A stretch of DNA of 64,000 nucleotides from Eledone cirrhosa (Eukaryota), in contig OZ024741.1 of NCBI GenBank assembly GCA_964016885.1, forward strand, positions 319,052,001 through 319,116,000, read 5' to 3'. Shown here in pieces: positions 1 to 12,200 of this stretch (position 1 is its first letter; the number at the start of each line of letters is the position of its first letter). The translations under genes were made by a program, and so were the position numbers. Under the pieces are notes generated by a model, which was not told the origin of the DNA, made no database searches, and saw only the letters and a list, made by a program, of their open reading frames with translations.

Positions 1-534
1 CCCACCTTGTGCACACCTTCCGATATTGCAACTTTTCCGTTAAAATCCTGTGGATGGTGCTTCGGGAAACCTCAGGAACCAAAATGCAGAGAACATCCAG
101 AGTGATCCGCCGATCGTTACACATGTTTTCCTCAACCTTTGCGACTGTCTCGTCGGAAATTGACGGTCTCCAACTCCTTTGTTCATCGTGAATTTCAATA
201 CGACCAGCTGTAAACTCTCTACACCACTTGCGAACGTTTTTGACATCCATGCACGACTGTCCATACACTTCCGTCAATTGGCGATGAATTTCAATCGGTT
301 CAATGCCTTTTGCGTCCAAAAACCGAACTGTGCGAACTTCGCACTTGGTGGTAGCGTTCAACAGGAGCTCCATTCTCAACGGCTGACAAGCCAAGATTGA
401 GCATCCCAGCAAAGCGCACGCATGCTTGTTTGGGAGTGAAGGAAGCACCAATCACAACAGTGTTGCCAACAGCCATACAAACAGTTTCTCTGCGTCCACA
501 TCGCTTTGGAGACCTTACTTTTGGGATTGCCCTC

Positions 535-535
<1 letters not shown>
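1..535 (-). mobile_element. Tc1/mariner (mariner-type) transposon, 5' TIR plus transposase N-terminus
   Basis: The - strand frame from ATG at 373 to the window edge reads MELLLNATTKCEVRTVRFLDAKGIEPIEIHRQL...DRRITL...[23 protein letters not shown] (mariner HTH leading into the WVP motif). TIR (TA)CGAGGGCAATCCCAAAAGTAAGGTCTCC abuts (TA)n. Confidence 0.9.
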
Positions 536-583
<48 letters not shown>

Positions 584-584
<1 letters not shown>

Positions 585-1962
585 TATTTATTATTGCCCT
601 TCAGGCTATAACAGAGGAGTTCAAGACCGGCTGCCCATGGGAACTCCTATACGCAGATGATCTAACACTCATAGCTGAATCAATGGCTGAACTAGAGAAG
701 AAATTCCAAACATGGAAGCATGGCCTAGAATCAAAAGGCCTTAAAGTTAACTTGTCTAAGACTAAAGTTCTAGTTTGTAGGGAGGAAAATAAGGCACTGG
801 TCCCATCTGGGAAATGGCAATGCTCAGTGTGTAGGAAAGGAGTAGGCAGAAACTCCATTTTATGTCCCAAATGCAAAGTATGGGTGCATAAAAGATGTAG
901 TGGGATCACAGGTAAGCTAACTAAGAATATAGATTTTATATGTGGCCGGTGCTCTGGTGCAATAAGTAGCAGCAAGTGCCCACAGAATATTAGCTCATTC
1001 CATTGCACAGATGGTTCTATAGAAATAATAAACACCTTCTGTTACCTGGGTGACAAAATCAGCAGTGGGGGAGGGTGCTCTGAAAGTACAGTAGCTAGAG
1101 TCAGAACGGGATGGAAAAAGTTCAGAGAGCTTATACCACTATTGGCCGCTAAAATGAAAGGCAGGCTGTATGATGCCTGCATATGAACAGCAATGTTACA
1201 TGGCAGTGAGACCTGGGCATTGTGTGCAGAGGATATATGCAGACTGGAGAGAAACGAAGCTTGCATGCTCTGCTGGATGTGTAATAGTAATATATGTGAA
1301 CGGCAAAGCATAAACGAACTAAGGGAGAAATTAGGAATAAGAGGGATCCGATGTTGTTTACTCGAGAGAAGACTACGTTGGTACGGTCACGTGATGCGCA
1401 TGAAAGATGACAGCTGTATAAAAAAGTGCAGGGCGATAAAAATAGACGGTAGCCACGGAGTAGGCAGACCCAGAAAAACCTGGGACGACTTGATAAATTC
1501 CGACCTCACACACTTACACCTCTCCAAGACAATGTCACTGGACCGAGATCTTTGGCGCTACACAGTCATACAGAAGACCCGCCTTGCCTAAGTACAAAGC
1601 GAAACCTACAGTCATTAGGCACCTCTACCCCCACTCCGTCCCACTACCCCCACACCATCCCCTTAAATGTGAAGTTATGTTGGTACCACAACATCCAGTC
1701 CGAAACAAATGAGGTCGTGTAGGTGTCACGACAAAAAAACACAGTCCACGCTGTAATGTGTGGCCGTGTAGGTAACACAGTAAAAACCTCCCAGTCCCAC
1801 ACTGTAAACGTGGTTGGTGTTAGGAAGGGCATCCAGCCGTAGAAAACCCGCCAGACAGTCCTATACGAGCAGGACAACAAATCTTGCCTCAAGTGGGAAA
1901 CCTCCCGTCCAAACCCATGCAAGCGTGGAAGATGGACGTTAAACGATGATGATGATGATGAT
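584..1962 (+). mobile_element. 5'-truncated RTE-clade LINE (RT C-terminus, Cys/His finger, long 3' UTR, (GAT)n tail)
   Basis: [28 protein letters not shown]; in-frame stop at 1184-1186; tail gttaaacgatgatgat. Confidence 0.9.
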
Positions 1963-1986
1963 GGTATATATAATAAATGAGATAAT

Positions 1987-2171
1987 TGTTTCTACTTTAG
2001 GCACAAGGCCAGCAATTACCCAGTGCATTACTGGTACTTTATTTTATCGACCCCATAAGGAAGAAAGGCAAAGTCAACCTCGGCGGGATTTGAACTCAGA
2101 TCGTAGAGGGACATAACTATGCTGGAAAGCATGGCGTCCGACTCTCCACCGATACTGCCAATCCACCGCCC
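1987..2171 (-). mobile_element. tRNA-derived SINE (family A) with 17-bp TSD
   Basis: A/B-box-like head (tggcagtatcggt...gagttcaaatccc), core gcctttcttccttatggggtcgataaaataaagtacc; TSD ataataaatgagataat at 1970-1986 and 2173-2189. Confidence 0.88.
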
Positions 2172-2726
2172 TATAATAAATGAGATAATGAGATCGAGAT
2201 CGTGTAGGTGTCATGAGAAAAAAAACACAGTCCACGCTGTTAAGTGGCCGTGTAGGTAACACAGTAAAAAGTTCCCAGTTCCACACTGTAAATGTGGTTG
2301 GTGTTAGGAAGGGCATCCAGCCGTAGAAAACCTGCCAGATACTCCTATACACCCGACCAACCTTGCCTCAAGTGGGACAACTCCCGTCTAACCCATGCTA
2401 GCATGGAAGATGGACATTAAATGAAGATGATGATGATGATGAATATATATTATGGGACTCAATATATTTATACACATTGGTGCAGTCTCAATTACACACT
2501 CCGTATTTATACAGATAAAACTTTATCATACACTTTGGCTGCTAGTGTACTTATTATTATATATATATATATATTAGGATTGGTGCTCTGAAATAATTTC
2601 AGAGCACCAATCCTAATTTTTAATTTTTGCTGGACCGGCAATCGCTCTGTATAATCAGTTCCTGATTATTACTGGAATTCTATAAGAATCCAGCCTCTAT
2701 AATTTTCAACAAAGGTCGGCGAGTGC

Positions 2727-2772
2727 TAAGCTCTGATGATCACCAACAGTGTGAAACAGATCTGTCAGCTTA
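2727..2772 (+). ncRNA. Minimal type-I hammerhead ribozyme motif (Penelope-like)
   Basis: Stem I taagct/agctta, CTGATGA, stem II cac/gtg, GAAA, palindromic stem III cagatctg, GTC cleavage triplet. Confidence 0.8.
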
Positions 2773-2898
2773 TCTCCCTTCCCTTGTTGAAAAAAGAAGT
2801 AAGTGACATAGTCACTACTTTAAAATAATAGCGCAAGGTCTTCAAAATGTTTTTAATTAAACATACAGTATATCGCCAGATGTACTATACATACATTC

Positions 2899-2961
<63 letters not shown>

Positions 2962-3140
2962 ATGGGCTTCTGCAGTTTCTACCAACCAAATTCGACTCAT
3001 GAGGCATTGGTCAAGCTAAGGCTGCAGTAAAAGACACTTGCCTAAGTTACTACCCAGTGAGACTGAACCCAGAACCGTGTGCTTCTGAAAAACGTCTTTT
3101 GATTATTTGTTCAGTTTTTCTTTGTTGTTTTGTTCTCTAG

Positions 3141-3223
3141 CCAGAGCCGAATTAGATGGGAAATGGATGAACTCACTGGACTTCATTTTGTTTTACCGGA
3201 ACTATTTGTTCACGGCTGGCAAG
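3141..3223 (+). CDS. CFAP43: CFAP43 exon ([27 protein letters not shown])
   Basis: ttctctag|...aag|gtaagt; ends phase 0. Confidence 0.8.
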
Positions 3224-6200
3224 GTAAGTTTCAGGATAAATCTTGTTCTTATACTAGAACAGTAATTCCCAACGTGGGGTGCACAGCCCACAGGGGATAA
3301 ATTTGAATATTTAAGGGGGCCATTTGAAAATGATGTTAATGAGAACAAACTTAAGGTTTTACTTTATTACTTTTACACCAAGGCAACTTTGGTGCACATT
3401 ACTGTCAGAAACTCCTGTCTCACCCACTCCATATGTTATTCTGTATCTGGCACCACCTATACACCAATTTGTTTACACTTTGCAGTTGATCATTGCTGTT
3501 TTCATATCAAAGAGGTGGAGTCATAACAATTTATTAGATGTTGAGGTGGGGCATGGTACTCAAAAGGTTGGGAACCACTGTATTAGATATATTATTCTGT
3601 GTTGGTCTTCATTGGTTCTGATGATGAGTGATCCAGCTGTTTGAACAATGGAACTCCAGTATCTTCTTGAGAAATTAAAGTTCATGCCATGTCATGCTGA
3701 ATCTCCCTGAGAATAATGTTAAAGTTACACATCTCTATAGAATATTTTGCCACTTAAACATTAATTTCATGAGCAGGCTATCCCATTGATGAAACAACTG
3801 GAACACTCACCGGACCCAACAGAGGTTTAACAAACATACCCATGTTACATGTATTTCAACCTTAAAAAAAATAAAATGAAATTTACAGCTGACACCTATG
3901 CAGGTTTAACTGGCCCTTTACAAGGATGTATCTCATAGGAGATTTTTTTCAGTATTTTAATGAGAGGTACCTCAATTGTTGTTGTTGTTACAGCTCACAC
4001 CTATACATGTTTATCTGACCTTTTACGAGATTGCATCACATAGAAGATTTCTTGGTTATTTTAACAATAAGGTCCTATTATGAAAAGCAATGGGAAATGA
4101 AGCATTTTGTTCAACATTACAACATGGTGCTTGGGCCAGGAATCAAACTCACAATCATATGATTATGAGTCCAACACCTTAACCAATAGGCCACATGCCT
4201 TCACTATTTCAATCTAGTGATTTCTTATTCCTTTAATCCCTTTGTTAGCATACTTCTAATGAAAGACACTGATTACTGTTTTCAAATAATTCTTTAAATA
4301 CGAATTTGAAAAGATTTAGCAATATAACTAACTTTCCCATTTGTTTAAGGTTCTTACATAAAATAAAAGATATAAAAATATAAGTTACATTATTACACTG
4401 ATGTGATAAAATTATGATAGACAGTTTTTAGATAAATATAAACACTATAAAATATAGTTTTGTATCTTAGAACCAGGGGTGGTTTTGAGTGGTTTGATAT
4501 CAAAGGGTTAAAATATAAAGTTTTGTATCTTAGAACAAAGAGAATGCTTTGCTGATCTTCTAAACCTTGTCACAACAACATCTTTTGAGGTACATGAGGT
4601 GCATCTATGAGCAATGACTAACCCCATGGTGGCTGAGGTCACCAGAGCAATTAAAGAGTTCAGAAGTGGCAAGGCTTCTGGGGAGGATGAAATTCAGTCC
4701 AAGATGTTAAAAGCCTTAAATAGAGAAGGTCTTCTTTGGTTGGGTTATGTGAGCTGGGTGGCCTGGATCTCTGGAACAGTACCAAAGCAATGGTAATTGG
4801 GAGTGATAATACTGATTTTCAAAATGGGAGAAAAGAAAGATTGCTCCAATTATAGAGGAATCTCTTTGTTAAGTCTCTCCAGTAAAGTCTATGCTAAGTG
4901 TCTGATGAAGAGATGTAGGGATATAGTCAAGTCCAAGTTAGCTGACGAATAGCATGATTTTTTACTGGATGCAGCACAGCTGACCAAATATTTACACTGC
5001 AGCAGATTTCTGAGAAATCATGGGAGCATTGGCAAGAGGTGTATGCTTATTTCATAAACCTAAAAAAGGCATACAACTGCATTCCACGAGAACTGTTGTG
5101 GAATGTTTTGGAGGTGGATGGAATCAACTGACAGCTTCTTCTTGTTCTGAAGTCACTATATGAATGCCCTAGTATTTATGTTCAGATAAATAAATAATTC
5201 AATGTAGGTGTTGGACTCTGCCAAAGGTGCATATGGTCACCTCTTCTATACATAATCGTCATGAACAAGATTGACTTGCAGAGCTAGGTTTGGAGTGGTA
5301 TGAGGACTGGTGGGTGTAGGATCAGACAGCTGGAATTTGCAGATAACAGGATGCTACTTAACTTGTTGGATGGTGATATCCATCATGCACTTGAGTGCTG
5401 CACGGCAGGAATGAATATCAGCATTGTGAAGACAAAGACACTTGTCCTTTCAAGGAAGCCTACACAGTGCACTCTACATGTGAGTGGAGTTCCACTGAAG
5501 CAGGTGGAGAAGTTCAAGAATCTTGGGACTGTGTTTGCATATGATGGAAGACAGGAAGTTGAATTAAGTGAGAGAATTGGTGGAACTGGTGCAGTAATGT
5601 GGCAGCTTCAGCATTCGGTAATCAGAAAAAGGGAGGTAGATTTAAAAACCAAACTCGCTATTTTCACTTTAGTATTTGTGCCAACCTTTACCTATGATCA
5701 TGTATCTTGGGACCAAAAGAATATGATCATGAATACAAGTAGTTGAAATGGGATTCCTCCAAAGGGTCTTTGCAGTAACGTTATTCGATAATGTGAGTAG
5801 TGGATATCAGAGAGTTCCTCCTGGTAGAGCCACTACTTCTCCAAATTGAGAGATCACAGCTCCAGTTTCACAGACATGTGGTCAGAATGTCTCAAGAAAG
5901 AATCGCTGGACAAATTTGATGGGTAAAACCAACCGGTAGTAGATCCATGGTTCGTTAACATACATGGGTTTGGCTAGTCTCACTTGGGGTTCCCCGCTGG
6001 AAGCTGTGTTTGAGGACTCTGGTCCCATGGTGCTTTCAGGAATAAGTAGACAAGAAGAAGAAAAATCATAAGAGCCAGGGATGGTTTTGGTGGGATTAAT
6101 AAGAAATGGGTTAAACATCAGTGTCTTTGTTTCCAATTTCAGAATGGATACCTTTGCGTGTTTGATGTGGCCAATGATAATGACATCAAACTGAAAACCT

Positions 6201-9200
6201 TCTTCAACACTGAGTTGTCTATTAAAACAGCGACTTTCACCTTCGCATTTGATAAAATTTTGATTGGAACAGCTGAGGTAAAGTTTCATTTTAAGTCATT
6301 CATTTCTTTGGTTTTAACATTCATCATCATCATCGCCATCATCATTTTCATCATCACCATCATCCTCTTTATCATCATCATAAAGATCATCATCATCATC
6401 ATTATCATCATTGTCATTTGTCATCATCACTCATTATCATCTTCATCATTAATGTCATCGTCATCACCAACAACATTATCAACATATCATCATTATCATC
6501 ACCATCACCATTTTACACCTGATCCTCCATGCTGCCATGGGTTGAACAGGTCATAATGATAGGATAACTATGTCTTGCTCATATGTTCCACCAACACCAC
6601 TATCACTACCACAATGATCACCATGACTATTGCCACCACTACCTTTACCACTACCACCACCACCACTACCTTTACCACTACCATCACCACCTCCACCATC
6701 AGCACTGCCACCACCGCCATCACCATCACCACCACCACCACCATCACCATCATCACCACTACTGCCACTGCCACCACCACTACAAACCTTCTCCATATCT
6801 CTGACAGGGTAAAATCCAGACCCATGACATTAACAAGCTCAAGAGAGTTACCGTACTGAAGAATGAAACTGATTCTGAGTTTGTTGATCTAAAACCTATT
6901 TACCCAGGGACAACAGCTGCAGTTGTAAGTAAAACTTAGCATTAACCCATAATGTCCTGTATCTAAAAACAGGTTTGTTAATTCAAATGTTTATAGTATG
7001 TTTACTAGTGGAGACATCTTTGTGAAAATTATAGTATCTTCTCATAACATTCTGTAATGATTTAGCAGAAAATATCAAAAATGGGTTTGCAAATTGAAAT
7101 GTTTACAGTACTTTTACTAATGGACAAATCATCATAAAAATTTGCAGTATTAAAGTAATGACATTAATTCTTTTTGTGATTTAGTCATATTGCAGTTTTG
7201 TACTTTTCAAGAATGTATTGCTAATGTGATTTTGTGTGATACAAGACATTCAGAGTTAAATATGTCTTATTTCCATGTAAATTAAGTTTTGTAACACTTT
7301 TGATACAAAACAGCCTCTTGTTCTATGATACAAAACTGTTTATGTTTAAGTGTTTATATTTATCTAAAAACCTTCCATCATAATTTTATGTATGAATATT
7401 TTTTTTGTTCTAAACACCAGTGTAATTATGTGAATATTAGCTGCATTATTAAATCCCTCCAGATTGTTGATTATTTTCATAATTATTTAAAAATGAGGTA
7501 GTCTTTCATTAGAAATATGGAAATGAAAGGGTTAATTAGTAATCTTATTTTCTATTTTCAGTCTGCTCGAAAAAACGGTCTAATTGAATTTTGGGACATA
7601 TTGGATGGAGAAAAATTTTCCAGTCTTGAATTAAAATGCCAGGTGAACCTATAGACACATTCTATATGTCTCTATATTTACATACATTCTTATTAATGAA
7701 GTTAGTAAATATTTATTCATATTCAATTGTATATATTTACAAACCCATGCAAGCATCACAGGGATTTCATAAGCTGTTGTGTAGGCAACCCACCTAGGAG
7801 GGCAGTAACTTTAATATTTAACCCTTTAGCATTTAAAAAGGCGGTATCCGGCCAGAATTCTCTCACCTCTTTCTGTTCAAACTGGCCATAACCGACTGCT
7901 TATACTGATGTTAAGGTATTGTTCTCAAAATGAATATAAATTATGTGAGATAAGTATGTGAAATAATGTGTTTACCGTGAAAATACAATAGTAAATATAG
8001 AGTAATGTAAATGCTAAAGGGTTAAGAAGTTTACTTCATAGTCATAAAATTCTGGGTTTGATCCATCCCACTGTAGAACATAATGTGCATGTGTAATTTA
8101 TCATAACCTGAGGTTGAATTAAGCCTTGTAAGTGATATTGAGTAGACGGAAACTGTTTAGAAGATCATCAGATGGACTCTACCTGTAATTCAAAAGGCCA
8201 GCCTTGTCACATGGTGTCATACTGAATCACTGAGAATAATGTTAAGGGTACACATGTCTGTCCAGTTCTCACCCACTTACACATTAGTCTCAGGAGCAGG
8301 CTGCTCCATTGATAAAAAAACTGGAACACTCATCGTTGAAACTGATGGATGTCCATTCCATAAGAAAATATTCTGGGTTTGACTTACAGCCAAAGTAAGA
8401 AATCAATTTAACAACATGCTTAATCTGTATTTTGTTTTTCTAGGTATCTTCCCTTGCCTCTAGCCCTTGCAGTAGTATTGTTGTTATTGGCTGTTATGTT
8501 GGTAAACTTTGTATGTTAGATGTCACCAAGATAGAAACGCCACATATAGTTTATCAGAAACCACTTTGTTCATATTCAGTTACTTGTTTGCAGTAAGTAC
8601 CGGTTGAAGTTAAGTTTCTTGTCCTTATCATGCAAATTTTGTGATCTCCACTTCAAAATTTTTCTTAGGGAAATTTACAGATACACATTTTAATAGCCAG
8701 AACATGTTATGTGTTTGATCCCAATAGTGTAACACCCCTCTCCTACCTTCAGTTTTGGCTGCTCTATTATGAAGACATGTGGCATAGTGGTTAGGGTGTT
8801 GATCCCACAGCCATAAGGTTATGGGTTTGATTCTAGACTGGGTGATACATTATGTTCTTGAGCAAGTCACTTCCATTCATATTGCTTTTAATGATAGGAT
8901 TGTGTCCCTATCATTAAAACACCTGAGGAATCTCCTATGAGATGCAACCTTGTAAGAGGCCAGGTAAACCTGCATAGGTGTGAACTATAACAACAACATG
9001 ATAGCAATGGTGCTGCTCTCATTCAAATACCCAAGAAATCTATGACATGCAAACTCATAGAGGTCAGATAAACCAGCATAGGTATGAGCTGTCATCTATC
9101 ATTAAAACACAGGAGAGGCCTCTTTTGAGATACAACCTTATAGGAGGTCAGATGAACCCCATAGGTGTGTCCTATAAATGTCATTATTTTTTCCTTTCAT

Positions 9201-12200
9201 TTTCATATAAAAACATTACATTAAAGATGTGTTACCAACAATGGTGTGATCATATCTTTTCTCATAAAAAGTATTTAGTATCATAACAAAACCAGGGCTC
9301 TCTTCATTCACTATATAATGTTATTCTGAGTATATACTCTTTTACAAGTAATCAAGTTTGTTGTTGTTACCATGTCTCTGAAGAGATAGTTAACAGTGTT
9401 CACTATCGTTAACAGTGTTCACTATCTCTTCTGTTTGAGTGTTAACACTCAAACAGAAGATATAGTGAACACTGTTAACACTCAAACAGAAAAGCAAGAT
9501 TTCACAGCATTTGAATCATGGTGAAAAAGTCATCACTGATTGCAACTAGAGTATCATCATCGTTTAACGTCTATTTTCCATGTTAGATTGGGTACGACAA
9601 ACAATCCCTAATGAAAGATCAGGTCAAAGGATCTTGATTCGCACACATGGAACTGATTTTGGCCTGTTTTCTACAGATGGATGCCCTTCCTAACGCCAAC
9701 CACATTTACAGTGTGTACTGGGAGCTTTTTGTCGTGACACCTACATGACCACTTTACTGTGTAGAGTGGGTGCTTTTTTGTTGTGATACCTACATGACTG
9801 CTTCATAGTGAGGGCTGGGCACTTAATGTTGGGAACTTGGATGGGGTGGGGAAGAAGCCTGGAGAATTGGGGATATAGGTATAGGGGTGGAATGATTACA
9901 GTAAGGGAGGTGTATGTCATTAGAAACCTCATAAAAATTCTATTCTTGATGTCTGCATTGAAGACTCACTACTCGTGTTAGTTCATTAACATCAGGGCAT
10001 AATCATGGTTTCTTGTTTTTTATCCAGCTTTGACAGTCAGTCACAGTACCTGTTTGCTCTGACCAATCATAAGATCCTCTTCATCCTTGATGCCAGTAGT
10101 TTCACTCGTTATAAAATATATGGCTTTGTAGGTATGATTCTAATCTTTTGTTTTCTTTTTTAACTCTTTCGTTGTCATATTTCTAATGAAAGACATTGCT
10201 TGTCTATTATTTTCAAATAATTTTGCTGGTGTTTGGAGCATTACATAAAATTATACTGGTAGGTCTTTAGATACATATAAATACTGTAGTTCTTTTGTTA
10301 GCATATTTCTTATAAAAAATACTGCTTGTTGCTGCTGCTGCTGCTGCTGCTGTTCTTCTTCTTCACCACTTATTCCTGTGAGGGCCATGGGGGCAGAGTC
10401 CTCAAACACTCCTTCCAGCGGGTCCTATCAGAAGCAACCATCTCCAACTGATCTTGCTGGATCCCCAAGCGAGACCAGCCAAGCTCATGGATGTTAACCA
10501 ACCATCTTGCTTGGGCTTTATCCCTGGGTCTCCTGCCAGTTGGTTTTGCCTGTTACTGCTTGTTGTTTTCAAATAATTTTAAAAATCAAGAATTTGGAGG
10601 TATTTAGTAAGATAACTAACTTTCATATTATTAAGTTAGTTTTTGGAATATAACTTAACAAAGGTTCTTATATAAAATTAGGATGCTATGTCTTTAAATA
10701 TATTTTCATCTTTTCGTAACCATATTTCCAATGAAAGACACTACTTGCTATTTTCAAATGATTAAAAAAATTATCAAGAATTTTGAGGGATTTATCAGTT
10801 ATTAACTGCTATATGGAACATAAGTTAATAGTTCGAGTGATGGAAGGTGTTTAGATGAATATTAATATAAGTTAGTTTTATTACCAAATTTTTCCAAATC
10901 CATGATTATTTAAAAATTTATTTGAAAATCATAAGTTGAATCAGTCATTAGAAATATGTTAACGAAAGGGTTAACCAGCTGTTGGATATAAGGGAGGTAA
11001 CTTTCCACAAGACCAATAACTCTGACTAACCAATATTTTCATAATTGTTTCTACATTTGGCACAAGGCCAGCAATTTGAAGGGATGGGGTTCAAGTCAAT
11101 TAAATTGACCCCAGTGCATTAGTGATACTTTATTTTATCGACCCAGTAAGGATGAAAGGCAAAGCTAACCTCTGTGGGATTTGAACTAAGACATAACTAT
11201 ATGCCGCAAAACATGATGTCCAATGCTCTACAGATACTGCCAATCCACCACCCTTATAATTATAATAATAATACTCCTCTCCACAAATTGCTGCCATTTT
11301 GCCAATGTTAGAAATAATAATAATAATAATAATAATTTCTTTATTGACCACAAAGGGCCCACAAGAAAAAACAGTATGACAGCACAGGACGAAAACATAG
11401 TGTGTGTATGTGTGTGTGTTTGTGTGTTGGTTTTGTGTGTAAATAAATTTAACAATATTGAAACAAAGAAGGTTCCTCAATGGGTAGGAGACGTTCGAGG
11501 GTCATTCGTGGAAAACCTATAAAATCACAGATGCTCTGATCTTTAGGGCAAGTGCCCTGTCCCAGTTGTACTCCTCCAATCTACAAGCTTACATTCAGAG
11601 CGGGTCCGTTCATTTGGGCCCTGCTCGCTTCTCTCATTCACCTTTGAACAGTTGCTTTGAAGGCAGCACTTCTTTCTCTACCCTTATTTTCCTCCTCAAG
11701 TGGAATCTGAAGAAGTTAGTCAAGGCTTCTCCAAAGAGGAAATGCTTGACTTCAAACCATTCAAGCATGTTCACCATATAACCTCTTTCACCATGGCCAC
11801 AAGACATATAAAAATGGCCTGCCCTTCTTTCCTAAAAGAAGGCAGCAGGACAATCTTCACAATGGACTCGGTTGATAACTGAATTTGTCCTACACATGAC
11901 AGCAGGTGTTCAACATAAACCCACAAGTCAGCAATGCTCAGACACTGGACGGTTTTATCATCCTGCGTGCATCTCAGACAGGCCTGGCTTATGGTAGTTC
12001 CATTTCTGTAGAGTTTATCTCGAACTGGCAAAGCTCCTCAGTAGCACTGCTATACCAGGGATTTCTAGAAATTATCCATGGGCCCTGGACCGAAAGTCCT
12101 TCCGAAAAGAGTGGCTAGTTGATTTTCGTTGATTTCTTCCCTAAAAACGTCGCTTTTATCTACCACTAACCCTCTATAGAATGTTATGGTGGCGTTTCCA

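Noticed and set aside
2733-2740. C/D-box snoRNA reading of TGATGA motifs
   Set aside because: No suitably placed terminal D box or stem; the context fits hammerhead topology much better
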